From assembly GCF_006345805.1 (NCBI RefSeq), contig NC_043007.1, forward strand, positions 48,732,001 through 48,796,000: a stretch of 64,000 nt of DNA, read 5' to 3'. The translations under genes and the position numbers were made by a program. This document shows, piece by piece, positions 49,721 to 62,806 of the stretch; position 1 is the first letter of the stretch; the number at the start of each line of letters is the position of its first letter. The stretch is from Octopus sinensis. Its lineage: Eukaryota. The notes under the pieces were generated by a model. The model did no database searches and had not been told where the DNA came from. It worked only from the letters and a program-made list of their open reading frames with translations.

Positions 49721-52700
49721 ATGAGGTGGTCTGAATTACAGGAAACTGGGAGAATGTAAGAATTTCGATTAAGCTTTAGGCTTGGGAATAATGTGTACTG
49801 GAGCTGATTTATTTGACTAAAATTCTTCAAGGCAGTGTCCCAACATGGCTGAAGTCTTCTGACTGAAGTAAGTAGAAAGATAAAAGATTCCTGGAATATA
49901 CAATATGAATATCTACTTTCTCTTCTTGCTAAAATATGTAAATTTTACATCATAATGTAAGATACAAATGCTTCCATGACAGAAATTGTTTGATCCAGTG
50001 ATTGATGTACTGGAAATCTATCATTAATGATGCTATTAATCACTAATTGTTCAACTGGAAATATGTAACTAATGATATATTGACCACAATTTGATCCAGT
50101 AATGGATCTGTGGAAAATTTATAACTAATCATGCTGTTGTCAACAAATCAGTCTTGTGATTGAGCCATTGGAAAAAATTAAATTAGCTATTTATGTTTAT
50201 CTTTTACTAGCTTCAGTCATTAGACTGTAGCCATCTTGGGGCACCACCTTGAATCAACCCCAGTACATTTTTAAGCTTGATATTTATTCTGCTGGTCTCT
50301 TTTGCAAACCACTAAGTTACCAGGAAGTAAACACACCTACACTGTTTGTCAAGCGGTGAGGGAGGGGTCGAGAAGACAGACATGGACACAAAGACACACT
50401 CATATATATTTATATACTATGGGCTTCCTTCAGTTTCCATCTACCAAATCCATTCACAAGGTTTTGGTTGGCCCAAGGCTGTAGTAGAAGACACTTGCCC
50501 TAGGTGCCATGCATTGGGAATAAAAACGGTTTTGTTATTCTCTTCTGCATACCTATTACTATTCTGCAGTTTTTCTCCCTTTTTTCCTACACTGTTAGTC
50601 TTCTTCCCCACCTTTCTCCAATTTCTACAATTGTCATTTACTGTTCCTTCTTCCCCACTTATCATCCCACAACACTTGTTCTTCATTAAACTCACCCTCT
50701 CACCCATTCCCTATTTCTCACTATCTTTTACTCTTCCATACACTCTTGCAGACTCTACGCAGCTACACTTCTGGTTCTCTTGGCCCCAGTCACTTCAACT
50801 CCCTTTGTATCTTGAAGGTACACCAAGTGACTACTACTTTTATCTCTTTCCAATTCCACCCCAACCTCTCCTCTAAAATGTGAGTAGCTTGTATTTATTG
50901 TTATCATTTATCTTTTACTTGTTTCAGTCATTAGACTGTGGCCATGCTGGGGCACTGCCTTGAATTGACCCCAGTACTTTTTTAAGCCTGGTATTTATTC
51001 TCTGCAGTGAGAAATCTGTTCTATTCTGGCCCTCACTTTAATCCGACATCTCATAGCATAAAGCTGCTCACCTCTCTCCTGTAGTGCCACTCAGTCACAG
51101 GAGATCTTAGTCTTGAAGGTTGCTTGGTAACCTCACTAGTGCTGGTGGCATGAAAAAAATAAGCAGTATACTTTGTAAGTGGTTGGCATTAGGAAGGGCA
51201 TCCAGCTGCAGAAACCATACCAAAGTAGACAATGGAGCATGATATAGTCTTAGAATGCATTGTATCCGGTCAGATCATTCAACCCATGCCAGCATGGAAT
51301 ATGAACCTTAAATAAGGATGGTGATAATATCTCATACAATTATAGTCTGTGATCCAACATTCACAAGGTGATTCATGCATATTCATGCTTTCAAATTTTG
51401 GCACAAGGCCAGAAATTTTGGAGGAAGGGGTAGGTTGATTACATTAACCCCAGTGATCAAAACCTTGAAAGGATGAAAGGTAAAGCCAACCTCAGCAGAA
51501 TTTGAACTCAGAACATAAAGATGCACAAAATACTGCTATACATTTTGTCCAGTTCGCTGCCTTTGAACCATACATAATGATGTTTGTGCTCAAGGTAAGA
51601 ACACTATCCATATTGCAAGGAGAAAATAACCTTCTGATACTCTCTACTTGCCCAAATTAACAGCCAAATCTTCCTCAATCCACATCCTACCATCTCAAGA
51701 AAAGACATTGGCTAATATACACCAAAAATCACTATTTCTGAAGATAAAATAAATGGGTTGATCATGATTGGAATGTCTTTGATTAGAGCACTGTTCAATT
51801 ATGGCCTTTCTGCATATATCCAATAAATCATCTTGCCAATTGGTATTTACCTAGCAATATTCTTACAATCATTAAACCACTAACTGCCTGTGCTCTCTCT
51901 CTCTCTAACAACAAACTTTGTATACCCTTAAGCTTAATTACACAGAAGCACCATTAGTAATTAAATGTAGTGATTTATTATATATTTTAAAAAGTAAGTT
52001 TGGAATTCAGAGTTACTTCCAAGTATGGTGAAGTATTAGCTTAGTTAAGGAGATTTGAGAATAAATTTTAAAAACGTGTCTGGAACTCTCACATACTTAA
52101 TCAAAATTATTAGAATATTAAACATTGTTTTTTTTTTCTTTACTGCATTAATATTTTTAATTTTAATTTTAATGATCACTACATTAAACTAACTTAACAA
52201 CAGGTGAGCTTTTATCCAGCCGTGTAACAACGATTTATTAACCCTAAAAACTTGCTATACCAGCCCTCTGTCTTGGACACACTATATTCTCCTCTATACC
52301 ATCGCCTCCTCCTCCCCTCTATCTTCGTTCAAACAGTGTCACCCTCTCCGAACACACACTAAAACTATCCGGTCTTTCCTATCCACTCCAACACACTGAA
52401 AACTCCCATCAACCTAATTCACCTCAACGATTTAGAAGGCTATGGGTACTCTCCCATCTTCTGCTCCAACAAGATAAACCAGTAGACGTGACTAAATTGC
52501 CACGTGAAACTGGATTTCTTGTGATTATTCTTAGTATTACTGTTACTCTTGTTTATATTGCTTGTACTCCCAAGACAGCAAGCTGGCAGTAGCACGCCGG
52601 GTAAAATGCTTAACAGCATTTCGTCTGAGTTCAAATGCCACCGAGGTCGATTTTGCTTTTCATCCTTTCGGGTTTGGTAAAATAAGTACCAGTTGAACAC

Positions 52701-53561
52701 GGGGTCGATATAGCCGACTGACTCCCTCCCCCGAAGTTGCTGGCCGTGTGCCAAAATTTGAAACCAATTTCACTCGTTCTCTTGCCATTTATATTGTTTG
52801 ATCCCGTTGTTTAACAGCTACTCGTTCTTGTTTAACCTCCTCTAGTCAGCTCTGATCTAAACACGCCACTTATGATCGAAGAAATACCAATCATGACCTT
52901 CCCTCATTTTTATTTCTAGGGGCAGTATACGTTGAACAACTATAATTCAATATGTATGTTTTTAAGGTAGTAAGTAGTAGTGAAAAATTTAGCTGCTGTT
53001 TCTAGTCGACCACGTAGAACTGTCACATTTGCAGTTAGAGTAAATCTTTGCATTTATCTACTTACACACAATCACAGTTACACGTCTACGAAAAATTGTA
53101 GCTCTACAACTTCGAATATATGATTTACAATATATAAACACACACCACGCATCCATTTCCAAGTAAGTTTATCTTACATATATATGTGTGTGTGTGTATA
53201 TATAAGACACATAGACAGCGATAAACCTTCATAAATATATATATATATATATGCTGGGTTATCGCTGTCTATGAGTCTTGACGAAACAGCTCTGTCATAT
53301 TTACAACTTACAGCCTTGTGTCTCTCACCTCCTCTTTCATTTCTTTTATCCTCTCACTCTCACTCAGTCTATATTTCATCCTTTCTTTCTCACCTCTTCT
53401 CTCTCCACCTCTCTCTATCATTCTTACACCTCTGTCTGTATCTCCTTCCACCTCTCTCTATTTCTCCCTCCCTCATTCTCTCACCTTCTCTATTTCTCCT
53501 ATTTAGACATGAACAGTCACCTTCATTGTGCATTTCTCCATCTTCAACTCTCTCATCCCTA

Positions 53562-53672
53562 ATGAATCCCCCTAAAACTGGCAAATTTCAGGAGATTTCC
53601 GCCCGTGCTGGTCATCTGGTTGCTTGCTTTGGCAATTTTATGTGTGTCTGGGGTGGCTACGAAGTCAGCGAG
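53562..53672 (+). CDS. KLHDC2: Kelch domain-containing protein (KLHDC1/KLHDC2 family), first coding exon
   Basis: ATG...GAG|gtaaga, 111 bp. MNPPKTGKFQEISARAGHLVACFGNFMCVWGGYEVSE resembles KLHDC2 ERSGHVAVSDGRHMFVWGGY (recalled). It may be a co-ortholog of KLHDC1 and KLHDC2. Confidence 0.8.
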
Positions 53673-54082
53673 GTAAGACTGCTTCCATTAATTACATTTG
53701 TAGCTACCTTCATTAATCACTCTTGTAAATATTAACAACAATATTTAAACCTCCCAACTGACAATCTTCCTCCCACATTGCTTTAGGTTTTAAGGAATTG
53801 ATGTCAGAAAACATAAACACGCACTTAACACATGTTTGTGCAGCAGTTAAGATGTCCATGCCTTTCTCAACATTTTCATTATACACATGCTCACACCCTC
53901 ACAAGTGTGTATATATATATACATACATACACGTATGTATATCTGTGTGTAATATATAGAGAAGGAAGTATTCTTTCACATATATATAGATTTGTGTATT
54001 AAGGCTACCGTCGGTTTCATGTTAAGAAAAAATATCTTAATAACTTAATTTTTCAAACCAATCACACGAAGGAATGGTGTAC

Positions 54083-54121
<39 letters not shown>

Positions 54122-54288
54122 CAAAAACTGTCCGATGAACGGCAACGGGAAACTCAGAGTAACAGGTTTTGTTGAATTTTCTGCTGCTTTAAATAAAGCA
54201 TATTACTCTACCACTGGTATTTGAGTACTCTTTTTTCCACCTTGTTTCACATTTATGTGTTTACTCCGGTATATATGTATATATGTAT

Positions 54289-54336
<48 letters not shown>

Positions 54337-57300
54337 GTGTGTGTGTGTAGTAAACATGTCGAGTCGGTACGTAAACAACGACTTTCCACATAAAACAGAA
54401 AGGATTAACGAAGAAATGACATGCTGGAATCTTTGAATGTCTACCAATATTCTAAAGTATTGTGGTTACTGTTTATAAAATACATCATAAACAAGACTGC
54501 ACTTTAGACCAAAAGCCAGTACGAGTTTCTTTTCATGATATTTACCGCAGTATAGTTTGAGTGGGGATAAATATTCTCTGTAATTAAGTCAGTTTATTTA
54601 GTCTTAAAAATCACTGGCTTCTTTATTGGCTCATAAAGTATTAATTTATACAAATGTCTACAAACTGTTGTAGATGGACTGTTTTATGTTTATAAAATAA
54701 ACCATAGGAAAAAAAAAAGATAATGAACTCTAATTAATCTTTAAAGTCATTTATACAAAATGATGATTTATTTATCAATTAAGGGAAGAATATAGCTTGT
54801 GTTTAAGGATTTTGGACTGGAGGTCGTTGTTTACGTACACAAACGACAAACCAGATGGCTTCAGTCTTGCTACCGAGTAGGTGGCCGGTCAAAATTTACT
54901 CTAAATTACAGAGAACTTGCATACGTGTGTGTGTCATAGATTATAAACTCCGAGTATCGACGGAGTTGTGTTTCTACATGAAGGTATTTTAGATAGGAGT
55001 CTTCATCATGTGGATCTTTTCTGTTGGCTGTCACTTTTCAGTATCTTTACTATGGACTCTTTGATGTGTACCTGATGATTGTCAAAAACTAACGAAGGAC
55101 CATTTACGTAAAGAGTGTCCATACACTATATCTTTAAGATTAAAACACTATATCTGTTTTATCATTAATCGAACCGTGTGTTGCCAAATATTTATGGAAA
55201 GCCTTTGTATTATTTCGCAATATAAAAGGCGATTGAAATGAAGGTTAAATTTTTTTGAATAAATATGTATTCTTGTGCCAGTATAGATGAAGAAAAAACA
55301 AAGTACATTTCGTTGTTTCCATTTCGAATTTTTTATGACTTCACACAATTTTTCGCAGTTTTCAGTAAGACATTAAAATAGGACATAACCAAACTGTATA
55401 TCAGCTTCACCTGCCTGTCTTTTTTTTTATCCTTTTCAGGTTCTATTACATTTGTTCTATAAATATATACCACAAATAAATGGATTTGTAGTTAGTTTAA
55501 TGTGTGTGTAGGTGCGTGTATACATATACAAAGAAATGCACATGCATTGATGTGTATATGTGTATGTATACGAAATACATACACATACGTTTAATATATA
55601 TTTATGTAATAATAAATCTTGTTATAGAACTAGTCTATTGAATGGCAGTCATAGCAACATGATGTAGAATCCTATCTAAAATACCTTCATTTAGAAACAC
55701 AACTCCATCGATCTATATGACACACACATGTATGGAATCTTTTGTTTGGCTGTACCTGTGGAAATTTTAAAATTTGGTATATTGATGTAATTTTCCACGC
55801 TGAATCTAGGGAGATATTTAACTTTTTCCAGAAAATAATTTAAAAACCGTTACAGAGGTTTAAAGTTTGATCATTTTTACCCAGTGCGAAAACTGGATTT
55901 GGAAGTTGTCATTTTGTGCGTGACAGCACGTGTTGTCAACTGTAAACAAATGTAATATTGGATGGACTACATTTTGCTTGTAAGTTTTTGGCTTGGTTTC
56001 CACTGCTGGATACCCTTCGTACTACCAACCACTTCACAGAATGTACTGGGTACTGACTCTGCAAAGGTTATCTCCTCAAGGTGCTCACAACCATACACAT
56101 AGTAGAGTGTACTGGGTGTAATTTATAGTGGCACCTGCACTAGAGGGGTATAAGAGTAAGAAAAAGAGAGATAGTAGGAAGTGGATAAATGGTGAGAGTG
56201 AGTGATGGGTGTTGATACCAAATGGTCAGTGGTGGAGAGTATAGATTAGTTGTATGGTGTATATGCAGATCTGATCAGGTTCCTTAGGTACTTAACTCAA
56301 AATTGTAAGAGAGCTAGGTTGATAAGGATGAGAGAGGTGTCATGGCATCCCTAGTTACACTAGTTATATGGTGATCTAAAGAGATTTATCATTCATCATA
56401 TCAGTCGTATAGTTCTTATTTCTTTATTGCCCACAAGGGACTACACACAGAGGGGACAAACAGATTAAGTTGATTATATCGACCCCAGTGCATAACTGGT
56501 ACTTAATTTATCAACCCTGAAAGGATGAAAGGCAAAGTCGACCTTGGCAGAATTTGAAATCAGAACATAGCAGCAGACGAAATACTGCTAAGTATTTCGC
56601 CTGGCGTGCTAACGCTTCTGCCAGCTCACCGCCTTTATCAGTCGTATAGTTCTGTAAAGATGTGAAAGGGGAAACTAATTGAATGGGGGTGAGAGTGATA
56701 AAGGCAGGGACAAAAGAGATACAGACGACAGACACTCAGGTGAGTGATAAATGTGCTAGAGTAGTGAGAAGCTATTGACGTACATGTTCATACAAATATA
56801 AAGCTATTTTTCGGACTGCCATCCAGGCAACATTCCTAGTGCCCCCACCCTCACTGACCACCACAAAGACCACTTTCTGCATCAAATTCAAAACAACTGT
56901 ATTTCACAAATAGAACTGAACCTAATTAACCCATTATTTTGTTTTTCTTTACATCCATTGCCCCCACTTTTCTTCGGCACCTGCTGGATCTTTCCACCAC
57001 CCTCAGAGGAGCAGTACTGCCCACTTTAGGAACCACTGGTATAAATCTATATTTACCTATAAATACATGCTTACATATGTCTATGTGTGTATATGCCCAC
57101 TTTCCATGCTGGTATGGGTTGAAAGCTCAATCTTAGAGGCCCTGAAAAAATTTACAATCATAGGTGCAGTTCTTTCCCCCACCCCCCCAACTATAATGCT
57201 AAAAAAATAAAATTTTTGTCTTTGTATTACCCTGTTCTAAAATTTGTTCTTAATTAATTACTGCTGTAATCTCATTACACCCTTAATTACCTCTGCTTGT

Positions 57301-57825
57301 CTTATTACATCTTCTATGTTACTGTTGTTTAGCCCAATGTTAATCCTGATAAGAACATACATTTGATCAAATGTAATCCAGCCATGACTGTCCTGCTAAC
57401 AATCTTTTTAATTTTGGGCAACACTATTCAATGTATTTAAAAAAATTTTTTTTTAAGTAGTAGTGTATAGTGTGTATAACATTTGACTGCTATTCCTGGC
57501 AGAAGTCTCTCTTTGAGTCTATGATAATTATGTTAGTTCATTCAAGTGCATTAGTCCAATATACTTTCCTATATTTTACCCCCAATTCAAAACATTCATA
57601 ATTTTGTTCATCTGTCATTTTGAAACTACATGTATGTACACATTTGCAATATTCAAAACATACACCATTATTCATATGCAATCTCTCCTTAACAGTAAAT
57701 CATCGTATCTGCATCACTTCCCATATGTTCTATAAACAGATTATACAGTTCGGCTACAACTGAACCATATAATCAAAGATTACATTTAAACATTGAAATT
57801 ACAGTTGAAACATTTGTATTTACAG

Positions 57826-57890
57826 TATAATAGCGAACAATACTGCAAGTCAAATGAAATATGGATGTATGACACAATCCTAAACAGATG
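57826..57890 (+). CDS. KLHDC2: KLHDC1/2-like coding exon 2
   Basis: ttacag|TAT...AGA TG|gtatgt, 65 bp, phase 0/2. YNSEQYCKSNEIWMYDTILNRW resembles EELWIYNMETGRW and is phase-compatible with both neighbours. Confidence 0.85.
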
Positions 57891-60800
57891 GTATGTATTC
57901 TTTTTCTGTGTGTTATTTGTGTTATTATTGTTGTAAATGTTTATTGCTGGACTCTTCTTCACTGACCAGGTTTCTCAGTATGGCAGTGTCAACTAATAAT
58001 ATCCTTCCATTTCAGGTACCAATGCTGCTTCATTTCAAGCAGCTGCATCCTGAAGAAGGAGAATGATTTTACGTGCCATCAAATAGGTCTCTGTTTACTT
58101 CAGAAGACTTAGAAAGAATAGCTTTTTTAAGCTGCCATCTCACATTCCTTACTAAGGTTTTCAGCTAAACAGCTAACAACTAGTTTGTGTTTCAATTTTC
58201 CTGCATACTATGAGATGCAGACTATATATTTCTGCCACTTTAAAGTTTTTTGGAAGCCTTTAATATCCAATGTTTCCAAGGCCACAAGTTGGCAGAATCA
58301 TTTGGGTACTGGGTAAATGCTTAGTGGTATTTTATCCAGCCTTACTTTCTGAGCTCAAATTTTGCTGAGGTCAACTTTGCCTTTCATCCTTTTGGGGTCA
58401 ATAAAATAAATAGCTGTTGAACACTGGAGTCAATATAATCAACTTAACTCTCCCCTGAAATTGCTGGCTTTGTGCCAAAATTTGAAATTAATCTTCAGTA
58501 TTTCCAGACAATCCTTTCTGCCACGAAGCAAGATAGAGATTATACACAGAAATTCTCCATTGAACTGACACCAGTAACATTGAAGCCACACTATATAGCA
58601 TCAACTGAGATGGCTCAGATGTATGTGTGTGTTTGACTTGTGTCTTCCCTGTAGTATCCACTACAGCTAGTAATACCATAGTCATACTTGGGCACATAAC
58701 TGAAGTAGTCATTCAGATATCAGCTGAAGAGAATGTCATCAATCATTCAGAAGAGGAAGGTGTTGCTATCTGCCATTCACATTAGTGTTTTCACTCTTGG
58801 AGGAAAACAGGAGAAACCAAACTTAGAGCTACCAAGGGAAGTGAGCAAGGAGGCATACACTTAGAGGAATATCTGAACTCTCTGACCCTGTCTGTGAGGG
58901 GAACTGTGCATCAATGAAAGGATTCACAAATGAAGATGGTCATCATTGGACAATATTACATGTATGTCTCTCATAAAATATGTATAATAGTTGTGATGTT
59001 AAGGTGTGAAATATTGACATATGATCATAAAACCTTCTTACTGCTTACTCCTTTTTCTTGACTGAACATACAAACAAATGTATCTTACTTCACTGAGAAG
59101 GATATTGTTGAATTGAAGAAATAACAAGTTCAGCAACTAGACCATCCTAACTGTGACAACAAGGAGGAATGGATGTAAAATAGTGATATAGTTCTAGAAT
59201 ATGAACTAACAGAAAAAAGTACAGAAAGCTATTATCCCTGCTAGTAACAAAAGACCTCTCTCCTTCAGAGTAAAAGTCAGAGTGTATGATGCTTGTGTAC
59301 AAACTGCAATGCTGCATGATAGTGAAACATATCCCCTGAATGCAGAGGAGATGCAAAGACTCAAAAGAACTGAATCTAGCATGCTGCACTGGATGTGCAA
59401 CATCAGTGTGCATGTTCAACAGTGCAATATGCATTAAGAGAAAAATTAGTATAAGAAGATTCAGATGTGGTGCACAGAAGAGAAGATTGCACTGGCAGGG
59501 TCATATAATACATATAGATCAGGACAATTGTATAAAAAAGTGCTCATCGTGAAATATGGATGAACTCTGTGGAACAGGGAAACCTAGGAAGAAGTTGGAC
59601 AAAATAGCCAAAACCAACTTCAGGATGCTGAGCCTCAAAGGACCAAGATTATTAGTGATTTGCTGTGCTCTAAAAGCCCTCGTGGCAAAAGTAAAATCCT
59701 AAAAGCATATTGTTTATATCTATGTTCCTACACGCAGTCTATCCCTATTAAGCCTTCCCCATCTTCCTAACTTCCATCCTTCCATCGCTTTTCTAACTAA
59801 ATCATTACCTACTCAGCTGCTGCAATTGTATGAGAGCAGAACTGTACATATTTCATCCAGTTAACTTCTTGGAATGACTTTCTTTTGTCACCCATCTCTC
59901 ATTCTCAATATCACCCATTCCTACTTTATTTTCCACTGAACATTCCTTTCATTATCATCATCATTTAGCGTCCATTTTCCATGCTGGCATGGATTCATGG
60001 TTTGACTGTAACTGGTAAACCAAGGAGCTGTATCAGGTTCTAGTCTGTGTTGGCTTGGTTTCTACAGCTGGACACCCTTCCTAACACCAGCAACTCCACA
60101 GAGTGTACCAAGTGCATTTAACGTGTCACCGGCATGGGTGCCTTTAAGATGTCACCAGCACGGGTGCCTTTAAGATGTCACCTGCACAGCAGCCAGTCCA
60201 GAGGCACTGGCAACGACCTCGCCTGAATGTTTTTTCACATGCCACTGGCACAAGTGCCAGTAAGGTGACGCTGGTATCAATCACACTCAAATGGTGATTT
60301 TTACGTGCCACCAGCACGAAAGCCAGTCAGCTGCTCTGGCAACGATCACACTCAGATGGTGCTTTTAGTGCTTCACTAGCACAGATGCCAGTCATCGAAT
60401 TTGATTTCGAATATTGTGTGTGTGTTTGTCTAGATGCAAGTATGTATAACAGATGGCTGGATGGCAGAATTACTAGTTTGCTAGACAAAAATACCTTGAG
60501 ATGTTTGGTTTCTTTCCTTTATATCCTAAATGCAAATTCTGCTCAGATCTACCTTACCTTTTATTTTATCTGGACCAGTAAAATACATAATGGGGCTATG
60601 TAATGAACTATATCCCTAAAGGCAGTGCTTGAGCATTACCACAGTTTAGTGACTAAAACAAGTAAAAACATAAAAGGTGTGTGTGTGTGTGTGCATGCAG
60701 CTTTATATAATGCAACTATGCAAAGTATACTAGCCAAAAATTATTTGTAATTTTTTTTTTATGTATGTAAATGTCTTTGATCAACATAGGCTAATATATG

Positions 60801-61037
60801 TTAATGAGGTTGAATAAATTGAAACATTTTCACAGTTGTATCCCTTTCTCCCCTTTTAAGAGTTACTAGCAATTGTTTACCTTTGTTTAGTTTCGCCCCA
60901 GCTCAGAGTGAATTATTACATTAGAGAATGTTTTGCATTCAGTTACTCTACCGCTCAACAATCAGAAAGTCTGTTTTACTGCTAGTTATTCCAAATATTT
61001 TCATTTGATTTGATTGTTTTTCTTTTTATTATCTCAG

Positions 61038-61265
61038 GTACTCTTATGAAACAACGTGTGAAATACCCTTAGCTCGTTCTGGTTCAATTGCTCAACTGAT
61101 AGATGACAAGTTATACGTTCATGGCGGTCACACTAAACAAGGAAACACTAACTCTATATACTGTTTAAACATTAAAACTATGGAGTGGAAAAAACTACTG
61201 TCCAATTATGAAGGGCCGTTACCCAGTCCAAGGGATAAACATTCTTCATGGGTGTACAAAAATAA
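61038..61265 (+). CDS. KLHDC2: KLHDC1/2-like coding exon 3
   Basis: tctcag|G TAC...AAT AA|gtaagt, 228 bp, phase 2/2. YSYETTCEIPLARSGSIAQLIDDKLYVHGGHTKQGNTNSIYCLNIKTMEWKKLLSNYEGPLPSPRDKHSSWVYKN(K) has kelch GG/W motifs and the GNTN and KD/RDK..WVYKNK signatures. Confidence 0.9.
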
Positions 61266-61456
61266 GTAAGTATGTCTGTGGCTGTGAAATCCATGTAAAA
61301 ACATGTCTATATTTATATCTTTTTGCTGTGTCTTGTAAATAATCTAGGGAAGGTAATTAAAAAGAAAATGGTTATCAGAATACACAGTTTGTTCTAAACT
61401 TGAGTTGTATATAAGGAAAACAATCACTATATTTATACATCTGTCTGGCACTAGTT

Positions 61457-61642
61457 GCTATGATAGATCGTTAGCTACTACACACATTTTTTTCTCTCCT
61501 TGTTTTTTCTGTGTCCCTTTCTGTAGAAGAGCGTAGGCTCGAAATGTAAAAGACTTTTTCTATTCCCGAGCGTTATACTAATACATCTGTTTGTTTTGTA
61601 CACCACCTGTCTTCGTCTTTTGTTTTTTTCGTAATCTCTCCC
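61457..61642 (+). mobile_element. Second copy of the short PLE-tail-like repeat
   Basis: Aligns end to end with 29962-30149 and is followed by (TA)n. Confidence 0.6.
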
Positions 61643-61702
<60 letters not shown>

Positions 61703-62364
61703 TAGTATGGTTTTGTGAATCAGACGTTTGCTTCCCAACCTTATGTACCACTATATGTGTTAACTGTATTGTTTGTAAAGTGGTTTGCATTAGAAAGGAC
61801 ATCTTGTAGAAACCACACCGAAACCACACCAAAATGGAGTATAATGCAGTCCTACAACTCGGATTCTGTTGGATTATCCTGTTCATGTTAGCATGGAAAG
61901 TGATTGTTAATTGATGATGATGTGTCTATATATATATACATACATAAATAAATGAATTACTATATGCCAGAGAAGCAGTATTAGTTTAAAATAGCTATCT
62001 GTGCAACATGTAAATACTGCAGTTAATCTAGCTTTCCATGAGATATCTGCATTAAGTATGGTACACAGACTGCTATTTTAAGCTAATCTATCGCAACATC
62101 AGTGATTTTTTTTTTTCAATTAGTTTTCCTATATCAGTGGCAATAGATTTTGTCTTAGCATGTGGTTGCCAATGGATACTTGCTACTGATGGAGCCCCAA
62201 AGAGGCAGAAATGAACATTTAGCCATGCCACCAAAACTGCTGGACAATTTTCATCTGTAATCAATATATTTTTGCGTTTTTAACATTGTACATCCACAAG
62301 AGATACCTTCTTAGGATGAATATTACACTTAATATGGATTTTCATGATGTCTCTACATTAAGTA

Positions 62365-62401
<37 letters not shown>

Positions 62402-62718
62402 CACAAACACACACACACACACATACATATATGTGTGTGTATGTGATGATTGTAAATAAGCATCATCATACAAGCAATGTTGTTTCCAGTTTTCCATGAA
62501 AAACATGGAATATATTAACTTACTTGGCAACAGGAAGGGCATCTGGCTATAGAAAAATCTGCCTCAACGAATTCTGTCTGGCCTGAGTAAGCATAGAAAC
62601 GTGTGAGTTACACAATGATGATAATGATGTGTGTGTGAACATGCACAGATAATTATGTGTTTTATGAGCTGAATGTATGTCCTTAGTACTGTAATTTTTA
62701 TGTCCAATTTGATTGTAG

Positions 62719-62806
62719 GCTTTATTGTTTTGGAGGGCACGGTCCTGACATAACTGACTTCTTATGTGACAGTGGTGAATATGTTGAAGACGTCAGCAGT
62801 GATATG
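62719..62806 (+). CDS. KLHDC2: KLHDC1/2-like coding exon 4 (gene continues beyond the window)
   Basis: ttgtag|G CTT TAT TGT TTT GGA GGG...GAT ATG|gtttgt, 88 bp, phase 2/0. LYCFGGHGPDITDFLCDSGEYVEDVSSDM continues the kelch blade (compare KLIFFGGYG). Confidence 0.82.

Noticed and set aside
37200-52000. Possible additional host gene between COQ6 and KLHDC
   Set aside because: I found no exon chain with recognisable protein similarity on either strand; the coding-like pieces are transposon remnants. Small or non-coding exons could have been missed.
53271-53561. Upstream in-frame extension of the KLHDC ORF
   Set aside because: It is a CT-rich low-complexity tract; family similarity starts shortly after the ATG at 53562. 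An upstream exon cannot be fully excluded.
54808-54880. Possible KLHDC exon 2 (DFGLEVVVYVHK...) and an overlapping imperfect hairpin
   Set aside because: Wrong end phase and no kelch similarity; 57826-57890 fits both. The hairpin is too irregular to call a pre-miRNA.
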